64,000 nucleotides of DNA, taken from the NCBI GenBank assembly GCA_973895155.1, contig OZ316894.1:13122828-13186827 (forward strand). Reading direction: 5' to 3'. Below, in pieces: positions 34,619-48,038 of this stretch. The stretch's first letter is position 1. Every line of letters begins with the position of its first letter. Under the pieces are notes generated by a model. That model did not search any database and was not told the origin of the DNA. It was given only the letters and a program-made list of their open reading frames with translations. The translations under genes were made by a program, and so were the position numbers. This DNA comes from Marsupella aquatica (taxonomy: Eukaryota > Plantae > Marchantiophyta).

Positions 34619-35565
34619 AAACCCCTTTTGCTTCAAGAACAACCCACACTCGCTACAAGAACATGACACTAACTCAAGTAGTACACTAGCCCTAACTACA
34701 TACCTAGTGGACATGCGAGGGACATGCCGATGTGCACAAGAGGCACTGTCCCTCGGCATGACATTTCTAGGATGGGCGGCTTGTACTGTGGGGAATTGTA
34801 TCATCTTAGTCCCATCCCTACTCCAGATCAAGGCCACATGCATCCCATCATCTAATACCTGTGTCGCCATCCTCATCTCCGTGATAAATGGCTACCCTAA
34901 AATCATCTGCATGGGAAGAATCTCATGAACAAAAACATTCATTGGTTCCACAATATCCCCAATGCGGAGCTTAACTTTGAGACAAGCTCCCCAAAAACTG
35001 TCCTTGTCTGCACTAATAGACCTAACTCCCCATCCACTATGACGGTCCACTGCCCACTGTCCCTCCTCATAAATGCGCATCAAAATAATATTCACCTTGG
35101 AACCTGAATCTAGTAATGCTCTCACAGGACTCTTAATTCTATCTAACTCCACCTTGCACTCACTACACCCCTGTGCCCAATGCATCCTTCTAACATCCAT
35201 GGCTATCGAGCACCAAGCTAATGCTCTCTCTCTCTCATCTGCCCTCATAACCTCCAACCCCACCTGCTCTTGACTCGAGGATTCTCCTCTCTGAAAGCCC
35301 TCTCTTTCCCCACTCACTTTTCCCACAAATGGCATCACTTTATCTTCTCCTTCATCTTTTGAGTCAAAGTTCCCTTCCTCTGCCAAGGTACATGCCACCC
35401 CTTGCGGCCCTTCTTTCAGGATGCGCTTTCTCTTGACCTGTGTCAAGATAACATCTTGCACATCTCTCTGCATACACCCTATTACTTCTTTATTGGTTAG
35501 ACCCCGCACTTCTTGATTCCAAAATTTGGTACCAACCGCGTTAAAATCTATTTCCCATTTCCTCT
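34619..35565 (-). pseudogene. Gypsy gag C-terminus and aspartic protease fragment (element D family)
   Basis: RGLTNKEVIG..TQVKRKRILKEGPQGVACTLAEEG is shared with the D gag. Protease motifs ALLDSGSKVNI and MILG. Confidence 0.88.
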
Positions 35566-35569
35566 ATTG

Positions 35570-36643
35570 CCAGGACGCATTGCATTTCTTTATATAGTGT
35601 GATATGCTGCTCTACTGTTGGGGACCGGGAATCTGGTGCTGTTGCTCGACTGTGGAAATGGAATGATTTCTGAGATTGAAATGAGGAGATTTACCACAAC
35701 AAATCTGAGGATGTATGAGATGCTGCGACCTAAAGGCTCTGATTGGGAAAGGCTTAATCGTATATGGATTGTGACACTGAATGAGCAGGAATGGAGCGCA
35801 GTCTGGAAGGGGTTGTGGTATTCGGACCTCTCTACGCGAGCTAAGATTTTTATATGGCAAATTATTGCTCAAGGGCTATTCTCTGGTGTTCGGGCCCTGA
35901 GAATTGGGAAATCGAATGGATGCTGCACAATGTGCACCTCTAGGATAGAAACCTTACCACACTTATTTTGGCAATGTAAGCATGCTAGCAATGTCTGGAC
36001 TGAGATGAAGAGATGGATGAGAGGAGAGCTTATCAGAAACTTTACAAGTATTGTTGACCTCCTGTGCTCCATCCAGGGACGCTCACCTCTTCTATCATTG
36101 AGAGCCTTCATAATTTATCAGGTTTTGTGGCACTTGTGGAATGCTCGGAATGTACAGGTGTTCGAACTATCACCCTACCGCTCTTTTGATCCGATGCAAA
36201 TCATTTCTGAGTGCATGGATCACATCACGGCGGTGTCGGCGGGAGCTACCTCCCCCTCTTGTAGGAAACAGGAACGGCTGCATACAGCTTTGAAGCTCCT
36301 AGAAACAGAACGTAGGGTAATTTTAAGGGCACAAGTAAGAAGAATAGTAACTGTTAGAAGCTGAAATGGACCTTCGGAGTAGACAGTGCTTTGCTGAGCA
36401 GTTCTTGGATGATAGTGCTTTGCTGAGAAGTTCTTGGATCCTGAGATTACCTTGGGGGTCACTCCCCTGCTTGAGTATGTAGTGGACATTTAGGTGAGCT
36501 TTTGGTGGTGTGCTTTCATCTGCTTAAATTGGCCCGTGATTGGTCTACTCTGTTTTTCTTTCCCTCTGAGGACTTCTTTTGCCTGTGGGCCTGCTGATTC
36601 CCTCTCCGTGGGGTTCAAGCGGAATAAATGAAATTAAAAAAAA
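35570..36643 (+). mobile_element. 3' fragment of an L1-type LINE (zf-RVT, 3' UTR, poly-A)
   Basis: AKIFIWQI..CTMC..ETLPHLFWQC. Ends AATAAATGAAATTAAAAAAAA. Confidence 0.88.
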
Positions 36644-38452
36644 GGGATGGTTGCTTCTTGTTGTTAACCCAGTCAAATGTAAGCCATGCCAAAGAGATAT
36701 TCTCCAGAATGTGGCGACCCGGGATAAAGCCGGTTTGCTAAGGGCTGATGATCTTATTCAGAATCGGTTTGAGTCTCAGGGCAATGATCTTGGCAATCAC
36801 CTTATAAATTGTGTTAAGCATTGTAAGTGGTCTCCAGTCTTTCAGGAATCTCTTATCTGGTTTCTTGGGGATGAATTTGATTAGGCCGTCCTTGATCCTG
36901 CAGTCAAGCTCTCCCGTCAGCCAAAAGTCCTAAATCATGTTTACTAGATCCACGCTCATAAAGTCCCAACAAGCATGATACACCTCTGCAGTAAGTCCGT
37001 CTGGACCAGGGGATTTGTCACACGGCAGCATCCAGATTACCTCCTTAATCTCCTTCATGGATGAGAGTTCCTCCATTCTCTTAATCTCTGTGGCTGACAG
37101 TGCAAATCTAGTGTGTTGCAGTAGCCTGCATCTTGCCTTGCACTGCTCAGCCATTTCGGCCTGCATGGGATCCGGGGGACAGTAAAGCTCAGTGCACAAC
37201 TTTTCTACCTCCTTAAGAATCAAGCCAGCGTCCGTGATCACACTCCCATTGTCACGTACAAGCTTGGTCATGGCTTCTCTCGCTCTCTTCGCCCTTATTG
37301 TAGCAAAGAAAATTTTTGTCGACTCATCCCCTTCTCCGAGCCACTTCACCCTGGCTAACGGCGGCCACTATTGGCCTCCTCAAACTCGGTGCAGTGAGTC
37401 CTCTTTTTCAATAAAATCAAAAATGTCCGCTTCCGTTGAAGAGTCGATCAAGGATGTTTTTAGCATTCTCAATTGTTCTCTTAAAAAGGCAGTGTCCTCT
37501 TCCGCCCTCTTGGGTCGAGCCTACAAAGTTTTGTATGTGCGTCGCAGTGCCTTGCTAGCCCTGGCAAATCGGCAATGAGGCTCCTCTATCCCAGCGCGCC
37601 CTTCCTCCCAAGCAGCAGCGAGTTGCTCCACGTCCTCTTTACACCTTAGAAGAGCAGGGTTGGCTTTGAAAATTCTGTATCATTCTGCCTCGAGTACCTC
37701 CCGCTGCAGGCCCAGCTAGGCGCACCTTCAGCAAGACCGAATCATGGTCTGACAAAGCTGAACCGCCCTCATGACAGAGCTCCACAATTTCATCAAGCCA
37801 CCAGCCCTGCTCGCTAATGTAAAATCTATCCAACCTTGACTGCACAATTGCCCCCAACCGCGTTCTCCTCCAAGTGTATTTGGAATCTTCAGCACCCCCT
37901 TTGAGCACAAAGGCATCTTCCAGATCCAGCCTCACCTTTAAGAACCTCCAAAATTCTGCTTCCCTGCCCCCCAATTAGTGGTGAGACTCCCGTGGCATCT
38001 CTCCGGTTCTCTATCATGTTAAAATCACCACATATAATCCATTTAGCCGTTGGTAGGCCCAACTTGAGATCGTTCCACAGCACAGACCGCAGTCATGACG
38101 AATTTGGTGCATAAACCAAAACTACTCCAAAGGTGCTTCCCAATATCTCCATCACTGCCCATACTGCTCTTCCAAGATCTAACGTGCCTGATGCCACCAC
38201 CTTAAATTCCGGGTGTATGAGTAGCGCTGTCCCTCCCCTGCCTTCATCTGGTGCAGATGAGAAGTGCTGATATGAGGGAAGAATGGCTCTAAGAGCCATG
38301 TCAAGTCGGAATTGGTCAGTTTTAACTTCCTGCATTGCCAAAACGCTTAACGGTGCCTTCAATGACTTTGCCCAATTTTTCACAACATGCCTGTGGTTAG
38401 CCTTGCAGAGGCCACACACGTTCCAAGATGCCAACACAAGAATTTTGCTCAT
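36644..38452 (-). pseudogene. LINE ORF2 N-terminal half (APE endonuclease and start of RT), frameshifted
   Basis: SWNVCGL, MQEVK, VYAPN, ICGDFN, SRLDRFY, SDHDSV, GDESTKIFF and KSPGPDGLTAE. Confidence 0.92.
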
Positions 38453-38763
38453 CTGGTCCCCTAGCAACGTGAGCGAGGGAGTACCTCCCTGTTTCCCCCG
38501 GAGCACTAAATACGGGCTTGTCCGCCGGGCGACCTCCCCATCTCCAGAGAGCTCACCCCGCCTCTAGGTGAGACAGCCACCCGCAGCAGGGTACCTCCCC
38601 CATCCCGCCGTGGAGTCTCGCCCCCAGTCCCGCTTCCGCCCAGTTCCCCCCCTCCCGGGTGTGCCATGCCCACCAGCTCCCGTTGTCCTGAGGATAAGCA
38701 AAGAGGTGGGAAAGGGCCTCAAGGGACACGCAGGGTGTATGGCTGCTTGAGATAGGAAACGGT

Positions 38764-40919
38764 TGCAAACAAGACAAAGTATCTACCCTAACCTTTCATC
38801 CACATCATCACAAGCAAGCAAGCATGCTTTCGAAACTCAAGCCATTTACATACTCATATCCAATCACAATCAAAATAACTAGTTCAAGCTTCCCAATGTA
38901 ATCCTCACAAGTCTAAGCCCAACATTCAATTGGTCACCATTCCTTTTCCAACACTTGATTGCACACAATCCCTTGCAACCCTCTAAGGTACACAAGTTCA
39001 AGCTTACATCAATGTGGTCAAGTTAAGGGTCACTCTTGGTTGTGGCTAAGACAAGTGGGACATCCAAAGGTATGCAAGGCATCTCTATGCACCATTCAAA
39101 CATCCAACTTTCAAAACATGGGAAACTACTTTCGAAAAGTGACCTAGGCTTGGTCAACAAACTCCTTAACAAACATGGAATTAACCTTAGGCCCTTCCTC
39201 TAGTAGAACCACCAAGTATAATCCACAAACAACCCATTCCATCAATCGAAAATGCCTTCACTCTTTACTCTTGCAACTTCCCTCATGCATAATAACTACT
39301 TTCGAAAGTACCTTCATTCAACCCATCTACTTTCAAAAACACCTTCAAGCTCACAACAACATTCGAAAATGGCATGAAGACATTCATTCTAACCATTCCA
39401 TCACTCATAGCCAAAGCAAGGCATCAACACACATCTCAAAAACGAGGATACCTCTCCTCTAAATGCATAGCAAGAAGGCACTTGTAGCATCATGGCCTCC
39501 AAGTAAAAACATGGGTCACAAGCAAGACCCTCCTAGCAAAAATGAATCATCACCAAGTCTAATCATCAACCAAGCATTCAAAATCCCTCCATAGCCTATC
39601 CAAGCTTCAAAACCCTAGTCTCCTTCTCTCATACTTCCTTCTTTCAACCAAATATACTTTCGAAGCTTCAAGTCAAGGAGTTTACAAGAGAGTAGGCCTT
39701 CTTAGTGAGCCATCTCTAATGCAAGACTCCCAAGCTTCAACAAGATTAGGTCTCATCTCCTCTAAGCTTTCGAAAATCTCCTACAAGTCCATTCTCCTCA
39801 AAACTTGAAGCAACAAACCTACATTCGAGTATGCCTTCTTGTGGGCAATCTCTCATGCAAGCTCCATATACTTCCTACTCACATCCTACCTCCTTCCTAA
39901 GGCTTCGAGTCAGCCTCTCCTACATTCAAAACCTCTCTCCAAATCCTTAGAAAAACCGTCACAAAACTCAATCTCTTCACATTCAAAGCTTCTACTCCAT
40001 CTATCTCTTCACAAAATTGCCTCTACATCTCCTACCCTCAAAATCCTAAGGCCATGGCCAAGGAGGAGGGCTCCCCCTTCACTCATGCCTCATGCTCGAG
40101 CTCCCCTCAAGAGGTTCGCTCCTACCTATTTAAAACTTACTCAAAGACTCAAAAACTGCCAAAAGCGGCAGCACTTTAGCAGCATCACGGTGTGAGAGAG
40201 AGCCCACCCTTCGAACTCTCCTCTTTAGTACTCTCGTGGGAAGGCCTGGGGCAAGGCACAAGCCCTCCACTTATGGTTTAAGTCCTCGACAATTTTCAGC
40301 CCTTGATCATCCATCAAAAAGATCTAAGGGTCAAAAATGAGCCAAAATACCATCCTTTGTAACTTTGTAACCAAATGAGGCTTCGCACTTTCGAAAAAAC
40401 CTCGACCTCCTCCAAACCCTAAGGCACGTCCTCATCCTCAATCCTATCCATTCATCCATTGACTCAACCAAGATCCACCATTGATGTAGGTTCAATGAAT
40501 CTAGTCCTTATTTCACAAAACTAGGAATCTGGCCCATATCTCACAAAACTGATGCACTTGGACCAAACCCTCTTACATGCCTTGAACCTGGTCACCTCCT
40601 CCATGTATTCAATGAACCTGGTCACCATGTCGCCAAAACCCTAGATACCTTGCTTGTTGAGCAAGCAACCTCCATTCCGCCAATCCGCCAAATGATAACT
40701 TAATCGCTGGTCACAAATGAAAAACATACCCCACAATAGTAACAAGGGTGGGTAGGCTCGACCTCATCCCTACCTTGACCCTCATAACTCTACTTCCTCC
40801 TTCACATTGGTCAAGTTAGCTCAAGTCAAGTCAACTTGCCAAAGTTAGAAGCAAAAATTGGTTTCAACTTCCTTCACAAAACATGAGGATTCCTCCTTTA
40901 GGATGGAAACCTCATGACA
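38764..40919 (-). mobile_element. Non-coding LTR-like fragment interrupting LINE ORF1
   Basis: Strand-biased C/A-rich block with no long ORF. The minus strand begins TGTCATGAGG at 40919. The left boundary is approximate and no TSD was found. Confidence 0.45.
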
Positions 40920-42413
40920 CCGTGTCACTTGTTGTCCCACGTCTGCATCAGACAAACAGCATCGTGAGAAGTTAAGTGAGTGTTGTTTTTTAGCTTCTCC
41001 TTTTAATTTCTCGCTAGCATCCGTCGGGGGGGGGGTCCTAATCTCCTGCTTCCGTGCACGGGCCTTAAATTTACTTTTAGAGATGTAAGCTTTGTATTCC
41101 GACATTTCCGCATCCGAGTCCTCATGATAGGAGAAGTTCTCGTTCCTCTCCACCTCCGAGAGAGAGCCTGGTAAGCGAGATATCATTGCAGCACCCGTCC
41201 CAATGGGAGATGGAACCGGCCCAAAGCACAATGCATTTGCATCGAGAGAGGACTTCACTCTTCCCAGTTGCCATCCTCGCTCCAAAGGACCATCAGGTGC
41301 CATCAAAGCCGACGATGTCATAACCGGCCCGACTATAGCCAACCTGTCCCCCTCAACAAAAGCGCGCACCATTGGTGTTGCTCTGATAATTGCCATAGTT
41401 CCCGCTGCGCTTGCCAATAGCACCTCATTTGGGCATCCCCCACTCTCAGTAAGGAGCTGCTCCACTTGCGCTATGTCAGCCACCACTGATTGTGGCATCG
41501 TTCCACATGGAGGGATACCTTGTGCCTCACAAAAATCTTTCCTAGTCGCGGCATTTTCCACTGCTCTTCGCACCTCCTCCACATTGGCTTCTGATTGACG
41601 CTCGTCATCTTGTTCTTTCGGGTACTCCTTCTTAGCCTCCGTGGGGGGAATTCCCTCATTTCCCTCTTTGCAGCTGCGTGTCAGATGCCCCTTTTTATTA
41701 CATTTGAAACAATGGTAAGGTATGTTACGGAAGGTAACAGATTGCCAAATCACTATATCATCGCGTATCCGGATTCTAACGCTAGCCGGGACTTCCCTGT
41801 CAGAATCCCACAAGATACAGGCTCTATCATGCGGAAAAGAGCTAAATTCATCTCCTTGTATGTAGTACAGCAGAGTTCCAAGTGAGCTTGCGATTTTCCT
41901 CCTGCATCCTTCCAGGACAAGATCACGAAATGGGATTTCAATCCAGACGGGAAGTTTGGTAAAGGACTCATTTTTTATATCAAACGATGGGTCCCACGGG
42001 AATGTGTACACAAACCGATGGCCCATAAACCACGAGGCACAATTAAGAGCCATGTCTCTATGATCAGGATGCTCAAAGACGATAAGGTAAAAGCTTTTCC
42101 CCACAAATTTAACTTGTAGAATCGACCAATTTCCTTGGTTAGTCATCTCTTCCTCCACCCAGGACCTGAATACCGGCAGCAACGGAGGTCCATCTGTAAA
42201 GAAACATAGAATTGCACAGTTGTATAATTGTTTAACATTCATAGTGGCTTCGGCCATATTCCAGTCCACCGTAGCATACAATTTCTTGTCTAGATCCCCC
42301 TTTGAGCGAAGAGCAATGTTACGCAAAATTCTGGTGCACTCCTCAGACTCCTCCTCTGCCTCTCCTTCCTGCCTCATGCACGGAACCGGGCTTTCACAGG
42401 GTATGATAGCCAT
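40920..42413 (-). CDS. LINE ORF1 (DUF4283/RRM-like region plus zinc knuckle), interrupted
   Basis: FVGKSFYLIVF, WFMGHRFVYTFPWDPSF, LPVWIEIP and CFKCNKKGHLTRSC. Lies upstream of a same-strand ORF2. Confidence 0.88.
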
Positions 42414-43142
42414 GATAGAAAACAGAAAACAGAAAACCTGTTACCAGGATTTTTTTTGCTGTTAACAGTCAAATTTAACTATTACTAGTAAGCGATTCCC
42501 TGTTACCAGTTTTGCATCAATCATAGCCCTTTGATCCGAATGAAAAACTACGCTAATCACATAATTTTTCTTTAGTGAATTAGGTTTAAAACAAACAATT
42601 ATTTTGTGCCATCCGATGGATGAAGAGTACTAGCAATCCTCCCTTGCAACAACATTTTGTTCTGGAAGATAACTGAACACGGTATGGGGACTATACTCAA
42701 TGAAACATTCATTCAAATATCACTATTCGTCCAAGCTAAAAAGTGAACCTTAGGGTGGGACCCACCACAGAATAAGTGAAGAGTAGTGTCCAAATGAACT
42801 CAATCAAAATGAGTTCACTTAAATGGATGGCTTACCCCGTGGCGGATGTCAGCGGTTCGGAGTACCGTGACAAACAAATGACAAAACACCTCCTAATGAT
42901 TTATTTCAGAATAATTGAATAAACGCGGCTTGAATGATATCAACTTACACATTTTAAATAAAACATGTTGTAATGCTTACACTACAGCGTACATAATAAA
43001 GCAAGAAAAATAAGATTTTTGGAAGCAGCGCCCGGCGCTAACCAAAAAATACTGAACAAAACAAGTAACATATCCATTGGGTAAAGACAAAATAGTGACT
43101 ATCCATTATATTGAACGACCTATATAGAAGTTTCGGCCCCTA

Positions 43143-46100
43143 TTATAATCCATTCAAGTTCTGCCTCTCCAAGACAAGACTGACTTCGCCCAGAGTCAAA
43201 ATTGGTTGGCTACAAAGAGTCGACTCCTCAACCTCAAGTTTGAAAACATTTATGTACACCCAGTCTAGATGTTTACAAGGCATGTACGACTTGCCACATG
43301 AATGTCGTAGGAAGAAGTCCTCACAAGAGCAAGCAGGGAAGATACAGATTTGCACGAAGTACATGCTTGGTGATCCAAGGTTCTCATGGGTTCGAATTCA
43401 AAATTGCTTTCCAAAAGCATTTCCAGTCCGAACATTCCATTCCCCATCCAAAGTCATATCTTCTTGTCGTACAGACTCCATTCGCTTAGTGTGACCCACA
43501 GTGAGATTAGACCGAGGTCTTGAGTTCCTCCCATTCCGACTACCCAGCCGGACATTTGGCTCCAAAAACCTTATCGTTTCTAGGAACACGTTCACATTTA
43601 TCCTGAGGTCAAACAAAGATGGCGCAGATCGACTCGGTCCTGTTGTTCGGGCTAAGACAAGTCCTTGCTCTTCGAGGAACGTGATTTCAGAAGGAGATAG
43701 GCTCGTACCCTTCAGAACAGGCAAAATTTCAGGAAGAGGAGGAAGCTGATGAACACCACGACGCGGACGACTCTTATAACAGGTTTGGTTTGGGCAGAAC
43801 CAAATCATTTTGGAGATCGGTTTGCCCCTGAAGAGACAATGGCCCTTCACGACAATTCCAACAACACCGTCAGACGAATGGAAGCCAACCTTCTTGATAC
43901 GATTTCGACACTCATCGCGATCAGAACTCCCATTGAGTGTCCCATTACACTGGGGACCTGCTCCATACTTGGACGTCCGTCGCAGCTGCCACTGCCCCAA
44001 AGGGACATCCTTCTCTAGAACAATCGTGCGTGGAAGTGGATTCTAAAGTGAGGCTGGTGCACTGAGCGGAGGTTTTGTGGATCTTGTTGTACGGGTTGTT
44101 TGAGGGGTATTGTCCAGTGAATCAGTATCACCATCTGATGTGTCCATACCAGAGAGATTCACCACTCTTGTCAGAGGATCATTAGAATTTGAGGGAATGG
44201 AGGCAAAGTCAGTTCTGTTTAGGTTTTTCCTTTTCAAACCACGAGTATTTGGTGTGGTTATGAGAATGGTGTCATGCCAATGGGAGTCTTGTGGAGAGAC
44301 AGTCCTAGTTGCATGTCCCTTTCTCTTCATTGACTTGGTCACGATATCTCCGTTAAGGGGAGTACTTCTTTCCAAATCAAAGTCCGCCGCGTTGGAAAGA
44401 AGCATGTTGGTCGCATCTTCAAATAACCTCGGCGAACCTGCTTGATCGGCGGAACGGAACACCAATTCCCATATAGTCGGTCCCTTTCCTCTGTTCAACC
44501 CTTTTCGATATGCACTGTATCCCGCAACTTGAGACAGGGCTCGGTTTTGGTCCACTTTGCATGCTTCAAAAAGACCAACTTTTTTCTTTGTAGCCCAGGC
44601 TTTCATAGACGCATGCCTTGATTCTGACCCTGTACAGTTGGGAATCAAGGCACCTTCTTCTGCGCTTTTGCTCTGCCATAGTCCGAATGCAATAATCAGT
44701 ACTAGCACTGTATTATCAGCACCCGGCGCTGACACCGACAAGTATTTATAACAAACGTGAAATACAATTGCAAGTATGATTCTGGAACTTTATGGACATG
44801 TTGGACTCAAATACGAGCAAATCATACCAGCGCCTGGCGTTAATATGAAGTTGATGGAAATGAAAGACAAGAGAGGAGAGGGATGTCATACCACTCAAAT
44901 AAAATTGCCCCACTGGCGCCATCGAACAACCCACCAGGATATCCAGCTTTGTAGCATCATGAGCTTTCCAGGGACACAGTTTCCAGATTGCCACCAAACC
45001 ACAATCTCTCGGGACACGCGATACACTACCACAAACGTTGGAGCGTTTCTTAGTTTCTCCCAAAGTCTCCGATGTTCCGATTGACATTCTTCGAGTACTC
45101 CTTCCTTGGAATGCCGATGGAAAGATTGATAAAAGTGAAATGCATCAGAGCGCTCCCTCTCCGGGTCTAGGTGTCCACCAAAAAAAACATTCCGCACAAC
45201 ATTCCATCCAGCTTGTGCATTGTCCGCCATAAACCCTTGGATGACAACCTCCTGTAATCCATTCTCCTTGCAAACCTCAATCATAACTCTCCAAGCCTTT
45301 TCGAAAGACTCAGTGTCTTCACCTTTCAACTCGCATGTGAAAATTGTACAAAGTGCACGAAAGTTATGGTCGTAGACATGCGCTCTAAAAGTAAACCAAT
45401 CGGTTGTGATACGTTGCATCACATCGAAACTGACCCAGGCTCCTTCGAGTCTTCCACCAGGTTGCATCTGTCTCAAAAGATCCACACCGGAATGACCCTT
45501 CGTGGTCATTTTAAAGACGTGAGGCCTGTCGTCTTGACATCCCTGACCCGGGAGCAAATACCTCTGCAGAAACGACAGGTTAATCTTCTTTTGCATTTGC
45601 GAGAGAAAATCAAATTCACCCCGACCCTGTTGGTCTATCCTAACACTCCGACAAAGAGATGCAAACTTCTGGGGAGTGGAAAGTACCATCAGAGACTTCC
45701 ATATTTCAGTTTCTTCGATATCGACCATGTCGTCAACATGTTTGCAGAGAGCTTTCACTATGGACCCTGTAGCAGAATTCAAGATCCCAGCTGGTTTTGC
45801 CAGAGGATTGGCTTCATGATTTTTTATTATTAAATCCTCAGCCATCTTCTCCGCACTCCTACAGAAGGTTTTTCTACCTGGATGGTTATGCTCACCTATA
45901 TGAATCGCCAGGCGGGACATATGACTACATGTTTCCGCATCAAGTAATACTTGCGGGTACATATAGAACAAACGGGCAGGGCAGTACTTGACACAAAAAG
46001 GAATCTGATCACAATAATGACACACAACACTGCCCTCTTCGATAAAAGATCCGACAGCATACTGACCACTAAGCTTTGGAGTACCCTGCCATGCCTTAGC

Positions 46101-46600
46101 ATTTGCCTTCTTCTTCCTTTGGAAGTACTCGCAGGACTTGTTCCGACATTCAATGAATCCCGTACAGGTAACCTTACCGAATTGCCAAAGTTTTTTTGGC
46201 TGAACGTTCGCGGTAGTTGGAAATATGCGTGTCCAAATGTAGCAATCTTTGGCACGGTCCATGTCCCTAAGCCTAGAGCCTTTAGAGAGCATCTTGTCAA
46301 TGGGTGGCAATTCAAACACGACGTTCCCATTATACTTAGTTGGCAGACAGGAGACTTGCTCATGTCTGAAATCACCCGCTGATATGAACCTCGATAACTC
46401 GCTATGACCAGTGGATTTGAGTAACGTATCCATCGCACTGCGCCGATACACGACCTCCAACTGGTTGGAGCTTCCTGGAGTCTCACCTTTAACGATAGCA
46501 TGTTGCGGGACTTTCATTTTCAACGTAGGACTTGGAGTGTGATCCCCATCTTCACTAGAAGAAATCTCGACAACATCAAATGGAACTTGGGGGACACAGG
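43143..46600 (-). pseudogene. MULE-type transposase: GCM/WRKY-like Zn DNA-binding domain, DDE core, SWIM finger (intron-containing, some stops)
   Basis: TCTGFIECRNKSC...CHYC..YCPARL..HIGEHNHP. DDE candidates SFDVMQ, FMADNAQA, DAFH (the CxxH position) and TGSESRHASMK after a GT-AG intron at about 44891-44673. SWIM CSC..MPCKHL at 43143-43364. Confidence 0.82.
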
Positions 46601-47337
46601 ACGGTCCTTCATGGTGTCTTACTCAAAGTGAGTACGAAATCCCCGCGTATAGATGCCAAAACTGTTCACCATCATCCACATTGAATGTTGCTGCATCTTC
46701 GATGTCATCACTGGTTTCGAGCTCTCAAAGAATGGCCTCAATATCGTTCATCTTCAAATCAAATCTCCCGCAAAGGTATCTCTCCCAAACCTGCTTGTAC
46801 GTGTCTTCCACAGGGACGGGGATGGTCACAATATCCCCAGTCCCGAATCGGGATAGAACGATGGACCGAGACATTGCAATCGAAAACAAATAACAAGGGC
46901 TGTAATGTTTCGAGGAAGAAAAGTCTATGCTAATATGGAGCTTATATCAGTTGAACATGGGAACTTCACGTTAACATATCCGTTTGTATAAGACATAAAA
47001 CAAAGTCGACATAGGATCCGTTGGCGCCATAAATGAAATTTGTCGTTTTTCCCCGATAAGTCCGGATGTCAGACGCGTAAATAATTCCAAAAAAGACACC
47101 ACAAAAATCTTTAACAGACTCTAAGATATTGTATAGTTGGAACATTTTGAGTAGCGCCCGGTGCTAACTAAAATATCTCAAACACAATATGCCCCAAATC
47201 TTGATATTCCATACTAGCGCCTGGCGCTAGTATACGAAAAACCCTCCAGATATCCATCAATACTATGAAATAATTGGATTTAAATGATGAATGAAATGTG
47301 AATTCTTTTAAAACTATGGATGAAAAATACTCGTTAT

Positions 47338-47534
47338 TGTTGTAATAGACAACTAAAGGAACGCTCAAAGATACTCCAACAAGATAGATCCATTACTATT
47401 GATGAGGGGATATATATATCCCCTTGGTTACATGGTAGGCAAATGCCCTTATACTGGTCCTATGGTTAGGAGTTCTCATACTATGGTTAAGGGTTCTCGC
47501 CCTATGGTTAAGGGGTAAACTAGGGTTTACAACA
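47338..47534 (-). repeat. Copia 3' LTR (197 bp)
   Basis: Identical to 53013-53209. Adjacent to the PPT (plus strand CTCCCCCTT, 47535-47543). Confidence 0.97.
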
Positions 47535-48038
47535 CTCCCCCTTGGTTAGTTTATGGAGGAGCATAAAGTAACCACATCTCTTGAACCTAGGGTATAATCC
47601 GGTTTAGGGGTCCACCTGTGTGATGTAGCCTCATTAAAACCTCGCCGCTTTCTTCTCGAGGAAAGAGTGCTACCATCACTTATATAGGTGGTTTCCCATA
47701 TCTAATGTCCTGGTTAAGCCTTTTTGCCATGTCTTAGTTAGTGTTGATCGTATGTGCTAAGTGGGGTTATGTGAATGTTCCTAATGGGTGTCTAGTCTCC
47801 CCCTCAGCTCGTTGCCTGGTGTGCGCCTCGTGTTGTTCTTCATGTCGTTTTGCGTATTGCGCTTCGCTTCGTGTTGTGCTTTGGGTTAGTGAGGCCAAGT
47901 CGGGCGTTTTTGCGTTGGTTTGCGTTGTTTCACGTCGGGGATGTGGTGTGGCGCTCGCCGAGTGTGGTGGTCGGGCATCTGGAGGCGGCTTCATCGGGCG
48001 ACAGCTTCGTCGTTGGGTAATCCTTTCGAGCTTCAGTG

